From Candidatus Gastranaerophilales bacterium (lineage in GTDB: Bacteria; Cyanobacteriota; Vampirovibrionia; Gastranaerophilales; Gastranaerophilaceae), in assembly GCA_944324915.1 (NCBI GenBank), contig CALUYD010000003.1, positions 124,971 to 188,970 of the forward strand: DNA of 64,000 bases, in the 5' to 3' direction. Positions within the stretch are counted from its first letter, which is position 1, and every line of letters starts with the position of its first letter. The notes under the pieces are model-generated. The model was given only the letters and a program-made list of their open reading frames with translations. It searched no databases and was not told where the DNA came from. This document shows, piece after piece, positions 47,059 through 56,476 of this stretch. Position numbers and translations under genes: made by a program.

Positions 47059-48300
47059 ATGAAAAGACGCGTAGTAGTAACCGGCATGGGCTGCGTTTCG
47101 CCTTTTGGTGTAGGGGTTGAAACTTTATGGGAAAATCTAAAAAAAGGTAACAGTGGAATTAGAACTTTAACTTTAGACATTGAAAAACACCTAGTACACA
47201 TTGGCGGACAAGTTCCAGAGTTTGATGTTTCAGAATATGCAGACCCAAAAGATGCAAGACGTATGGACAAATTTATTTTATGTTCGGTTGTTGCTGCAAC
47301 ATTAGCAATGAAAGATGCTAATTTTGATTTAGAAAAAGAAGATATGACAAGATTTGGCGTTATTGCAGGTTCTGCTGCAGGCGGTCTTGACACAATCCAA
47401 AAAAACCATGAAGTTATGCAGCAAAGAGGATACCACAAATGTTCACCATTTATGGTTCCTATGATGATTTCAAATATGGCAGCAGGAAAAATCTCAATTA
47501 AATACGGTATTAGAGGCATGTCAAAAGCAATCGTAACAGCATGCGCAACAGGTGCTCATTCAATTGGTGATGCTGCAAGAGTAATTCAATATGGTGATGC
47601 TGATGTTATGATTGCAGGTGGCGCTGAAGCCGGTATTTGCGATTTAGGAATAGGTGCATTTACATCAGCTAAGACACTATCTCGCTCTAATGAATTCCCG
47701 CAAAAAGCTTCAAGACCTTATGATATTGCAAGAGATGGCTTTGTAATGTCAGAAGGCGCAGGTATTATTGTTCTTGAAGAAAGAGAACACGCACTAAAAC
47801 GTGGCGCTAAAATATATGCAGAGCTTGTTGGCTACGGTCAATCATCAGATGCTTATGATATGGTAGCTCCTGATCCGGAAGGAAAAGGTGCAATTCTTGC
47901 TATGGAATTAGCAATGAAAGAAGCAGGAGTATCTCCACAAGACGTTGATTACATAAATGCACACGGTACTTCAACACATGTTGGTGATATAGCTGAATCT
48001 AAGGCTATTGAAAAACTTTTTGGCGACAAAAACCAAAACACAAAACTTTCTGTTTCTTCAACAAAATCAATGACAGGACACATGCTAGGCGGCGCAGGTG
48101 CAGTTGAAGCAATTATATCAATAAAAGCAATGCAAGATGGTATAGTTCCTCCAACAATTAACCTTGAAAACCAAGATCCAGAAGTTGCAAATCTTGACTA
48201 CACTCCAAATAAAGCCAAAGAAAAAGAAATAAATATAGCATTATCTAATTCATTTGGTTTTGGCGGACACAATGCAGTATTAATATTTAAAAAACCATAA
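47059..48300 (+). CDS. fabF: 3-oxoacyl-ACP synthase II
   Basis: RVVVTGMG...ACATGAHSIGDA...NAHGTSTHVGD...GHMLGGAG...NSFGFGGHN. Confidence 0.93.
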   Translation: MKRRVVVTGMGCVSPFGVGVETLWENLKKGNSGIRTLTLDIEKHLVHIGGQVPEFDVSEYADPKDARRMDKFILCSVVAATLAMKDANFDLEKEDMTRFGVIAGSAAGGLDTIQKNHEVMQQRGYHKCSPFMVPMMISNMAAGKISIKYGIRGMSKAIVTACATGAHSIGDAARVIQYGDADVMIAGGAEAGICDLGIGAFTSAKTLSRSNEFPQKASRPYDIARDGFVMSEGAGIIVLEEREHALKRGAKIYAELVGYGQSSDAYDMVAPDPEGKGAILAMELAMKEAGVSPQDVDYINAHGTSTHVGDIAESKAIEKLFGDKNQNTKLSVSSTKSMTGHMLGGAGAVEAIISIKAMQDGIVPPTINLENQDPEVANLDYTPNKAKEKEINIALSNSFGFGGHNAVLIFKKP

Positions 48301-48320
48301 CAAAATAAAATAACAGAATA

Positions 48321-48355
48321 AAAAAATATCTCCTTTAAAAAGGAGATATTTTTTT
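48321..48355. terminator. Bidirectional terminator between fabF and the yggT-like gene
   Basis: atatctcctt/aaggagatat hairpin flanked by A6 and T7. Confidence 0.8.
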
Positions 48356-48617
48356 ATAAACCTAAACTTTGAGTAAAACCGACCAATAAATTTGCTAAAA
48401 TCGATAAACAAACAAATGCAACAATTGGCGATATATCAATCATTCCAATTGGCGGAATTAATTTTCTGAATGGAGTTAAAAATATATCACTAAATGCTTT
48501 TAGAGTTCTAAAAGGTTGATTATACCATTTTACATTGGGAAACCAAGTTAATAAAATATATACTACCAAAAGCAAAAATATTAAATCAAACGTTCTAGCA
48601 ATTGCAACTGACAACAT
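48354..48617 (-). CDS. YGGT-family (Ycf19-like) membrane protein
   Basis: LLTWFPNVKWYNQPFRTLKAFSDIFLTPFRKLIPPIGMIDISPIVAF. Confidence 0.8.
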   Translation of the reverse strand: MLSVAIARTFDLIFLLLVVYILLTWFPNVKWYNQPFRTLKAFSDIFLTPFRKLIPPIGMIDISPIVAFVCLSILANLLVGFTQSLGL

Positions 48618-48626
48618 ACCTTGCTC

Positions 48627-49418
48627 CTACCATTTTGCAACATTATCGCATTGACAAGTTTTATTATCATCAATATTTTCTACAATTGAGAATAATAATT
48701 TTTGAAGTTTAGAAATATTATTTGCAAATACTTCCATCACCGCTTCATGAGAAACAGGTTCACAATCTGCAACAAGACCTGCATCATAATCAGTAATTAA
48801 AGAAATATTCAATGGGCACATATTTAATTCTTTAACCAAATGAGCCTCAGGATATTGAGTCATATTAATAACTTCCCAGCCTTGGCGAGTTAAAAATGCG
48901 CTTTCTGCTTTGGTGTTAAATCTTGGACCTTGAATAACAACGACTGTACCTTTTTTGTGGATTGAATATCCTAATTTCTTAGCGCAATCAATCGCAACTT
49001 GTCTTAATTGAGGGCAATATGGTTCAGCTGCTGAAATATGTTGTATATCTTCTTTATCAAAAAAAGTATCTAATCTGCCATGAGTTTTATCAACATATTG
49101 ATCACAAAAAACAATATCACCGGGTTTAACATGCTCTTGTAATGACCCTGCTGCGCAAGGAGAGATAACTCTTTTGCAACCAATTGATTTCATAGCCCAT
49201 ACATTAGCTCTATAATTAACTTTATGAGGGGCAATTGAATGATTTCTGCCATGACGAGGCATAAATGCAACTTTTTTACCGGCAATTTCGCCTATCATTA
49301 AAGCATCAGAAGTTTTTCCATAAGGAGTATCTATATAAACTTCTTGAATATTATCCAAAAATTTATAAAAACCGGAGCCACCAAAAATGCCGATTGTTGC
49401 TAAATTTTTATTTTCCAT
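48627..49418 (-). CDS. mtnP: S-methyl-5'-thioadenosine phosphorylase
   Basis: IGIFGGSGF...FMPRHGRNHSIAPHKVNYRANVWAMKSIG...INMT. Confidence 0.88.
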   Translation of the reverse strand: MENKNLATIGIFGGSGFYKFLDNIQEVYIDTPYGKTSDALMIGEIAGKKVAFMPRHGRNHSIAPHKVNYRANVWAMKSIGCKRVISPCAAGSLQEHVKPGDIVFCDQYVDKTHGRLDTFFDKEDIQHISAAEPYCPQLRQVAIDCAKKLGYSIHKKGTVVVIQGPRFNTKAESAFLTRQGWEVINMTQYPEAHLVKELNMCPLNISLITDYDAGLVADCEPVSHEAVMEVFANNISKLQKLLFSIVENIDDNKTCQCDNVAKW

Positions 49419-49483
49419 TAATTTCCCTCAAGTTTCTAAATATAAAATACAGACTAAAATTCAGCAATCGACAACAGTGAAAT

Positions 49484-49687
49484 TTATATCAATCCCATCA
49501 ATTTTAAATCTTTTGCGATTTGATTATCGAACATACTTGCGTACGCTAAATCTCTGCTTGCAACACCTGTATATTGACGAACTTGGGTCTTGTTATTATT
49601 ACTGATGCTTTTAAATTTTGTATGCGCAATATTGTTATTTCTATTAACAAAACTTCTATTTGAATTATTGATAGGAAGTAAGCGCAT
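49484..49687 (-). CDS. Small hypothetical protein (67 aa, N-rich)
   Basis: SD GAGGtttgaATG. N-terminus MRLLPINN resembles the LSPINQK N-termini at 28534 and 29535. Confidence 0.45.
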   Translation of the reverse strand: MRLLPINNSNRSFVNRNNNIAHTKFKSISNNNKTQVRQYTGVASRDLAYASMFDNQIAKDLKLMGLI

Positions 49688-49785
49688 TCAAACCTCAATT
49701 ACTAAATCTTTAACGTTCTTTTATAATATCACAATTTAAATATCTAGGCAATAAATAATTAGGCTAAAAAATATTAATCTTTCGA

Positions 49786-50559
49786 CTATTTTCTAAAATT
49801 ATTTTTATGTTTAATGAATGCAAAAGCAATAGAAGCACATATTGCAAGATTTAGCGATTCAACATCATTATCCATTGCAATTGTTATTTTTTCATCGCTC
49901 AATTGATTAATTTCATCGCTTATTCCAAACGCTTCAGAACCAAAGGCAATTATAAAATTACCATTATAATCAATATCAAGCATATCTTTTTTAGAATTAA
50001 CAACCGTAGAAATTAATTTATGATTTTTTTTCAACTCTAAAATAAAAGATTTATCATTTGTTTTAATTATCGGTAATTTAAAAATATTTTGTGCGGTTGA
50101 TCTAATAACTTTTGTATTATATAAATCAACACAATCATTAAATAAAATTATACCGTCTATTGAAAAAGCTGTAGCAGAGCGAATTATAGTTCCGAGATTT
50201 CCGGCGTCTTTTACGCCGTCAATAAGCGCAATTTTTGATAGTTTTTTAAATATATTTTTATCAATTTCAGGCTCTTTTATAATTCCTATAATATCAGTAG
50301 GTGATTTTGTGGTTGAAATTTTTTTTAAAATCTCATCGGTTACAAAAACAACATTATTTGCTTGAATTTTATCTAAATAAACGTTATCTTTTTTTAAGAA
50401 AATATATTCAAAAACAATTTTATCAGAAATGAAACCCTCTATTGTTTGAATTCCGTCAACAAGAATCATCTTTTCTTGTTTTCGAAATTTTGGATTTTGA
50501 AGTTTATTGCAATATTTAACTAATTCATTTTGCAAACTTGTGATTTCAATTGTTTTCAT
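49786..50559 (-). CDS. TrmH/SpoU-family RNA 2'-O-methyltransferase
   Basis: DGVKDAGNLGTIIRSA...AFGSEAFGIS...ESLNLAICASIA. Confidence 0.82.
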   Translation of the reverse strand: MKTIEITSLQNELVKYCNKLQNPKFRKQEKMILVDGIQTIEGFISDKIVFEYIFLKKDNVYLDKIQANNVVFVTDEILKKISTTKSPTDIIGIIKEPEIDKNIFKKLSKIALIDGVKDAGNLGTIIRSATAFSIDGIILFNDCVDLYNTKVIRSTAQNIFKLPIIKTNDKSFILELKKNHKLISTVVNSKKDMLDIDYNGNFIIAFGSEAFGISDEINQLSDEKITIAMDNDVESLNLAICASIAFAFIKHKNNFRK

Positions 50560-52162
50560 AAGATTTATTCCAATTTTTTACAAAATCAGCTTCTTTTTTA
50601 CTTAATAGACTATAATCTATTAAAACCTCCTCAAAAGGAAATTTTGACATTGAAATTTTCTTAAAATTTAAATCACTATAAACGCAATTTTCAATTCTTA
50701 CTCCAAATTTGTTGCCGTCTTTATCTTCGCCATATAACCCCGGCTCAATAGAATGAATTTGATATGGCTTAATAATGTCTTTTGATTTCATGGACAATCG
50801 AGGGGGATTTTGATGAACAGATGTTGCAATACCATGACCTAAACCATGATCAAAATAAAAACCTTCTTTTTCAAATGGCTTTAAAAAATCCCTTGCTAAT
50901 AAATCTATTTTTTTTGCATTAATTTCATCAGATAAATAGCATTTTATGAATGCTTTAAGGACATTTGTGTATATTTTTTTATAAATATTTTTGGGATTTT
51001 TGCCAAAATAAAAAGTCCTTGTAATATCTGTTGCAAAGCCATTTTCGTAATATCCGCCACAATCTAAAAGAATAATATTTTCATCTTTTAAGATTTTATT
51101 TTTATCAGGGTTTGAATAATGAATTGATGCAGAATTTTCCCCAATAGCTAAAATTGTTTTAAAAGACTCGCATTTAGCAGCATTTTTTATAAGCTCATCT
51201 TCAAATATTTGATTAAGCTCAAATTCTGACAATCCCTTTTTAATTCTTTTTTTAAATTGAAAAATCGCATCATCGAGTCTTTTATAGGATTGTTTTATAT
51301 CTTCAATTTCAGCTAGTGTTCTAATTGATGCTAATGTTGAAAGATTTTTTATTTTATTTTCACTCGGTTTTTTTATTGAGACATAGTCTTTTAACGTAAT
51401 ATCATCTAAATCAAGAGAAATTTCACCCTCAAGCGACAATAAAAAACCGTCAAACTCTTTTAAATCAAGAACATTTAAACCCTCAATTTTAATTTTTTTA
51501 GATAATTTATCACAAAATAAAATGTAGTTATCACTTTTTAAATCTAAATATAAAACTGAGCGAAAATTAGATGAATACTTCATTTGATAACTTCTTAACC
51601 CTGTAAGATAAGATATTTCATCTAAATTAAAAATCACTGTTTTTGAAATATTTTTATTTGTTTTTTTCAATTTTTCAATCTTATCCAAAAAAGATATTTT
51701 ATCTATCTTATTTGAAATTTTAAAAATTTTTTCTTTTTTGTTGAAATCAAGATTTTTTGAATATTTTTTAGGAAGAGTATATTTCCTTAAATCAAAATAA
51801 TCACTATATTTCAAATATTCATTCAAAGAAATATCATCAACAACGTATAATACAGTGTTTTTCTTATAACTTTTTTTAAAAGCCTCAAAAAAAGTTTCGC
51901 CTAATTTCATTTTATAAATTTCAACATCATCATAAACTTGTTTATCAACAAGAAGATGATATCTTGTATCGACAAATATTTTAATTTTTCCGTTTTTATC
52001 AATTATTGCTTCGCCTTCAGTTCCTAAAAAACCTGTTAAAATAGCTAAAGGCGAGGAAGAATAATGACATTTAAAAAACGAATCACAAGATTTTAAAAGT
52101 AAAACCTCGTCATCTTTTAAAAGTTTTGTATAAAATTTTATTTGTTTTAATCTGTTTGTCAT
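50546..52162 (-). CDS. M24-family Xaa-Pro aminopeptidase
   Basis: LLDCGGYY..FATDITRTF...HGLGHGI...IEPGLY...RIEN. The ATG at 52162 is preferred, since the track start overlaps the upstream gene. Confidence 0.8.
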   Translation of the reverse strand: MTNRLKQIKFYTKLLKDDEVLLLKSCDSFFKCHYSSSPLAILTGFLGTEGEAIIDKNGKIKIFVDTRYHLLVDKQVYDDVEIYKMKLGETFFEAFKKSYKKNTVLYVVDDISLNEYLKYSDYFDLRKYTLPKKYSKNLDFNKKEKIFKISNKIDKISFLDKIEKLKKTNKNISKTVIFNLDEISYLTGLRSYQMKYSSNFRSVLYLDLKSDNYILFCDKLSKKIKIEGLNVLDLKEFDGFLLSLEGEISLDLDDITLKDYVSIKKPSENKIKNLSTLASIRTLAEIEDIKQSYKRLDDAIFQFKKRIKKGLSEFELNQIFEDELIKNAAKCESFKTILAIGENSASIHYSNPDKNKILKDENIILLDCGGYYENGFATDITRTFYFGKNPKNIYKKIYTNVLKAFIKCYLSDEINAKKIDLLARDFLKPFEKEGFYFDHGLGHGIATSVHQNPPRLSMKSKDIIKPYQIHSIEPGLYGEDKDGNKFGVRIENCVYSDLNFKKISMSKFPFEEVLIDYSLLSKKEADFVKNWNKSYENN

Positions 52163-52166
52163 TTTT

Positions 52167-52583
52167 TTAATCCGTAACCGTAACAATAATTTGCCTTTGA
52201 GAAGGTTTATTATCAAAATCTATCATAACAATTTGTTGATAAGAATCAAGCATAATTTTACCACCTATCACAGGCAATGTAATATTATTTCCTAATATAG
52301 AAGCTCTTAGATGAGAATAAGCGTTTCCGTCATGCCAAAAATTATCATGCTGATAAATTTTATTTATAGGAACAATCGATTCTAATATTTTAGCTAAATC
52401 ATAAGCTAAATTTGGCTCAGAATCCATTGTAATTAAAGATGTACAAGAAGAAAGAGAAAAAATATTTGCTATTGCGTTTTCTATATCAAACAATGACACT
52501 ATATTTTGAACTTTTGATGTAATATCAATGACATCATCAAATCCCTTTGAGGATATTAAAAATTTTTCAAATTTAACACTCAT
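52167..52583 (-). CDS. YjbQ/UPF0047 family protein (secondary thiamine-phosphate synthase-like)
   Basis: GNAYSHLRASILGNNITLPVIGGKIMLDSYQQIVMIDFD. Confidence 0.75.
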   Translation of the reverse strand: MSVKFEKFLISSKGFDDVIDITSKVQNIVSLFDIENAIANIFSLSSCTSLITMDSEPNLAYDLAKILESIVPINKIYQHDNFWHDGNAYSHLRASILGNNITLPVIGGKIMLDSYQQIVMIDFDNKPSQRQIIVTVTD

Positions 52584-52603
52584 TAAATCTTATCACCTCA
52601 AAA

Positions 52604-54724
52604 TCAAGAAAACAAAGGAATTAACGACAATGCTAATATTACTAAAAATTTTAATAATGCATTCAATGAAGGGTTTATCAAACTTTTAAAAGAACAAAAT
52701 ATCTCTTCATTTAAGCTAATTGCATTGTATTCATCAGTATTTTTTATATAATTAAACTGATTTTCAAAAAACCTCTTTGCACTTTTTACCAATACACAAG
52801 AAGAATTTGTCATATAAACTAAACAAAATGAAGCAACAAGAACACCAAAAATATAACCTCCGAATGCTTCTTTTTGTAAATTAAAAACAATTAAAAATGA
52901 TATGATTATCACTAATATAGTGCTTATTATAACTTGAATTAATGAACTTATTGCTGATATATCAACACATTTTTCATAATCAGGGCGCATTTCAAATCTT
53001 AAAACTTGAGGAAATTTTTTAAGCTGTCTTTTTACCTCTAAAACAAGTCTGCGAGCAGTCTTTGAAACAATTCCCATAACAAAAGCACTATAAATAAAAG
53101 GTATTGTCACACCAATAAACAAGGATGATAAAACATAAGGATTTATTAAATCAATTTCTTCGATACATGATAAAACACAATACGCCATTATTGCAGATAC
53201 AACAGTAATCATTGTTGCAAAATTTATATAATTTTTACCAAGAGCAACAATATGAAAGCCAACACCATCAAGCGAATTAGATAAAACGTTTTCCTTTTCG
53301 CAGATGTCTTCTTCGTAAGTATCTAAAACTTTATAAACATTTTTTGTAGTAAAACCAAAAGAACAAATCCCAATCATTAAAGCGCTACATGAAAGCATGG
53401 CTAAAACCGCTAATGTTACACCGTAAAGCCCTGCTGATGGTTCATTTAAGCCTTGAGATAAAACAAAAGAAAAAATCAAAACTAAAGCAACTACAACGGC
53501 AGGCGAAAATATTGCACTAAAACTTTCTTTAATAATTTGTCTATACGTAGGCAAAAATCCTGATATTGCAGAATTTGAAACATCTACAACGGGTTTATAT
53601 TTTGAATACAATAAATTTGAATTTAAAAAACAAATAAAATATCCGCCAAAAGCGCCAATTACAATAGGATAGAATAAATATATTAAATCTGGAAGCCAAA
53701 ATCTAATTACAAAATATGAAATTATAACAAAAATCACATTTGCAAAAAATGCGCTTGAAAATAAGACCCTAAGAGGATTATTAATCTTATTGAAATTAAT
53801 AAACATTATAGAAATTATTGAGGCAAATATACCGCTTGCAAGTATGATAATAGGCAAAAAAGAACCCATCAACTGCAAAAATTCACCCCCCACAGTCATA
53901 GAAGCAATTAGTGCAAGTGATAAAGAAACAAATAAATCACAAGATAATGTATTAATTCCTAAAATACATTTTGAAACACCACTTAACAACAAAAGAGGAT
54001 TTCTTCTGTCATTTTTTTCATATTCTGCTACATGATTTCTTGAAACATCATCTGCAGATTCAACCGCTTGTCTTGATATTGCAGTAGATACGTTATTTAA
54101 TAACACAACAAAAGCGCAACCAAAAACAAATCCGTTTAAAACCTGATAATCCTTAATTATATGAAACAATATAACTAAAGGAATTATGCACAATCCAACC
54201 ATAATAAAAGAAATAACTACGGAAGAATTAAATATTTGCTTTAGCGCAAATGAATTAGATTCATTATAAAATTGAGATGAGCGTGTTGATATTTTTGTTG
54301 ATACTAAAACCGATAAAAATATTAAAAGAAAAGTAAATGCACTACCGCAAATAAAACATAAAACAAAATGATTTCCCATAAATTTAATCAAAAAACAGGA
54401 AATTAAAAATATAAATACTAAAGAAATTTTAAAAAGTCTTTTTATAAAAATAAAAGCCCCGTTTGAAAAATATTCAGTGATTTTTTCAAACATAGGATTT
54501 TTACTTTTATAAAAAGACATCTCAAGAGCTTTACAGGAAGCTAATAATATTGCTATTGCTCCTGCAAATAATCCAACCCATTTTGATTTTGTTGATGTAA
54601 TATCTACAAAATAAACAAAATATGATAAATACAGCGCTACAAATAAAAGTACCCAAAATATAGAATACCAGCCAAAAAGACGTTTATTAATTTTATCTCT
54701 ATCCATAAAATACCTAAAACTCAT
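52604..54724 (-). CDS. Membrane-integral pyrophosphatase (H+/Na+-PPase) homologue with substituted catalytic motifs
   Basis: 706 aa, many TM helices. Segment-by-segment resemblance to M-PPases (DRRNP...DLF.S, GLYGV..A.L.MLS, YKP, RPDYEKCVDIS, NPSLNALLKF), but the DNVGDNVGD, DNAGG, WDNAKK and GDTVGDPxKD positions are not acidic. Confidence 0.55.
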   Translation of the reverse strand: MSFRYFMDRDKINKRLFGWYSIFWVLLFVALYLSYFVYFVDITSTKSKWVGLFAGAIAILLASCKALEMSFYKSKNPMFEKITEYFSNGAFIFIKRLFKISLVFIFLISCFLIKFMGNHFVLCFICGSAFTFLLIFLSVLVSTKISTRSSQFYNESNSFALKQIFNSSVVISFIMVGLCIIPLVILFHIIKDYQVLNGFVFGCAFVVLLNNVSTAISRQAVESADDVSRNHVAEYEKNDRRNPLLLLSGVSKCILGINTLSCDLFVSLSLALIASMTVGGEFLQLMGSFLPIIILASGIFASIISIMFINFNKINNPLRVLFSSAFFANVIFVIISYFVIRFWLPDLIYLFYPIVIGAFGGYFICFLNSNLLYSKYKPVVDVSNSAISGFLPTYRQIIKESFSAIFSPAVVVALVLIFSFVLSQGLNEPSAGLYGVTLAVLAMLSCSALMIGICSFGFTTKNVYKVLDTYEEDICEKENVLSNSLDGVGFHIVALGKNYINFATMITVVSAIMAYCVLSCIEEIDLINPYVLSSLFIGVTIPFIYSAFVMGIVSKTARRLVLEVKRQLKKFPQVLRFEMRPDYEKCVDISAISSLIQVIISTILVIIISFLIVFNLQKEAFGGYIFGVLVASFCLVYMTNSSCVLVKSAKRFFENQFNYIKNTDEYNAISLNEEIFCSFKSLINPSLNALLKFLVILALSLIPLFS

Positions 54725-54757
54725 TAATAAAACAATTATAATAAAAAAATGTGATTT

Positions 54758-55543
54758 TTAATATACAAGCCACTTTTTAGCTATTAAATTAATCTTCTTT
54801 TCATCTAAAATAGTTGTAATTGCTGAATTTACGAGATTTAACAATTCTTTAGATTTCTCAGATTTTCTAAGCGCAACACCATAAAATTCTCTTGAGTAAA
54901 TACTGTTTGTTAAAACGAGTTTATCGTTTGTATAGCCCGCTAAAATACAATCATCACCCAAAACAGCGTCAACTTGATTATTAATCAATAAATTATATGC
55001 TTCAGTATAGCTTTTTGCACCAATTAAATTAGCATTAGGTGAAATTAATCTTGCAATTTTTTCTCCTGTTGTACCCATTATGATTGCCAATCTGCCTTGT
55101 TTATTAAAATATTGCAAACTCTTAATTTTAGATGTTTTTCTAACTAAGATTTTTTGATTGGCAACAAAATAAGGGATTGAAAAATCTAAAACTAATTTTC
55201 TTTTATTACTTATACTCATTGTTGCAACTAAAATATCAACATTTTTTGAATTAAGCATTGATATACGATTTTGAGGAGTTACAGGCACAAATTCAACATG
55301 AGAGGGAGAGGAGCTATCAAAAATTCTGCTTGCAATTTCATAAGCAATATCTACATCAAGCCCGACTAATTTCCCCTCTTTATTGTAATAACCAAATGGA
55401 GGCGAATCCACTTTTACGCCAACTTTTATATAGCCTCTATCTTTTATAAGTTGCAAGTCGTCAACTTCATCTTTTTTATTGGAACAACCAAAAAGAAAAA
55501 AAGATAGAACAAAAATTAACAATAAAACTATATACTTTTTCAT
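54758..55543 (-). CDS. Amino-acid ABC-type substrate-binding lipoprotein (family 3 SBP), orphan
   Basis: Lipobox LFGC at Cys20; IKVGVKVDSPPFGY...GLDVDIA...ATMSI. No adjacent permease or ATPase gene. Confidence 0.75.
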   Translation of the reverse strand: MKKYIVLLLIFVLSFFLFGCSNKKDEVDDLQLIKDRGYIKVGVKVDSPPFGYYNKEGKLVGLDVDIAYEIASRIFDSSSPSHVEFVPVTPQNRISMLNSKNVDILVATMSISNKRKLVLDFSIPYFVANQKILVRKTSKIKSLQYFNKQGRLAIIMGTTGEKIARLISPNANLIGAKSYTEAYNLLINNQVDAVLGDDCILAGYTNDKLVLTNSIYSREFYGVALRKSEKSKELLNLVNSAITTILDEKKINLIAKKWLVY

Positions 55544-55566
55544 AAAATTATTCTATCATAAATCTT

Positions 55567-56397
55567 ATGAAAGAATTTACAACTAATTTATTATTTAACA
55601 CATTAGGAGCATTTTTAGCGGCGTTTGCACTAAAATGTTTTTTAGTACCTAATCAAATTATTGATGGAGGAATAGTAGGTATTTCAATTATGGCAAGCTA
55701 TATAACCAAAATAAATCTTGGTATATTTCTTGTTGTATTAAACATACCTTTTTTAATTCTTGCGTTAAATGAATTTGGCAAAAGATTTATTTTTATGGCA
55801 TTTTATAGCGTAGGAATGCTTGCTTTATTTGTTAACTTAGTTTCACACAACATTCCTATTATTACCCATGATTTACTTTTATCTTCCGTATTTGGCGGAG
55901 GAATATTAGGAACAGGGGTAGGCATTGTTCTTAAAAACAATGCATGTCTAGATGGAACAGAAATACTTGCCATTAAAGTTTCCAAAAAATTTCCTTGGTC
56001 GGTTGGTGAAATAATAATGTTTATCAATATATTCATTTTCACAAGCGCAGGATTTTTATACGGTTGGGAACAGGCAATGTATTCAACTTTAACTTATATC
56101 ATAGCTTATAGAGCAATAGATACAATTGTTGAGGGCTTAAGTGAAGAAAAATCAATAAGAATAATTTCAGACAAAGGTCATGAACTTGGTCAAGCAATTA
56201 TAGAAAAACTAAATAAAACAGTCACATATATTGAAGCTCAAGGCGGTTATTCAAAAGCAAACAAAACAATGGTTTATTGTATAGTTCCCAGAATTGAGCT
56301 TTATAAATTAAGAGAACTTGTAATCAGCATGGATGAAAATGCATTTTTATCAATAGAAAATGTCCATGAAGTTTATGGAAAACGTTATAAAAAATAA
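55567..56397 (+). CDS. YitT-family membrane protein (with C-terminal DUF2179)
   Basis: NQIIDGGIVGISI...GGGILGTGVGIVL...DGTEILA...C-terminal VTYIEAQGGYS. Confidence 0.8.
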   Translation: MKEFTTNLLFNTLGAFLAAFALKCFLVPNQIIDGGIVGISIMASYITKINLGIFLVVLNIPFLILALNEFGKRFIFMAFYSVGMLALFVNLVSHNIPIITHDLLLSSVFGGGILGTGVGIVLKNNACLDGTEILAIKVSKKFPWSVGEIIMFINIFIFTSAGFLYGWEQAMYSTLTYIIAYRAIDTIVEGLSEEKSIRIISDKGHELGQAIIEKLNKTVTYIEAQGGYSKANKTMVYCIVPRIELYKLRELVISMDENAFLSIENVHEVYGKRYKK

Positions 56398-56436
56398 AAC
56401 CGTGGAATAACATAAGAGGTAATCCACTGTATGCCA

Positions 56437-56468
56437 AAATGCACTGCTCATTGAGGGTGCATTTTTTA
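56437..56468 (+). terminator. Intrinsic terminator of the yitT-like gene
   Basis: aaaatgcac/gtgcatttt hairpin followed by a T-run. Confidence 0.7.
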
Positions 56469-56476
56469 ATTCAATT

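Noticed and set aside
46890-47519. 209-aa minus-strand ORF spanning the fabH/fabF junction
   Set aside because: It is antisense to two strongly supported genes and has no SD or recognisable motifs. Long antisense ORFs are expected opposite conserved genes.
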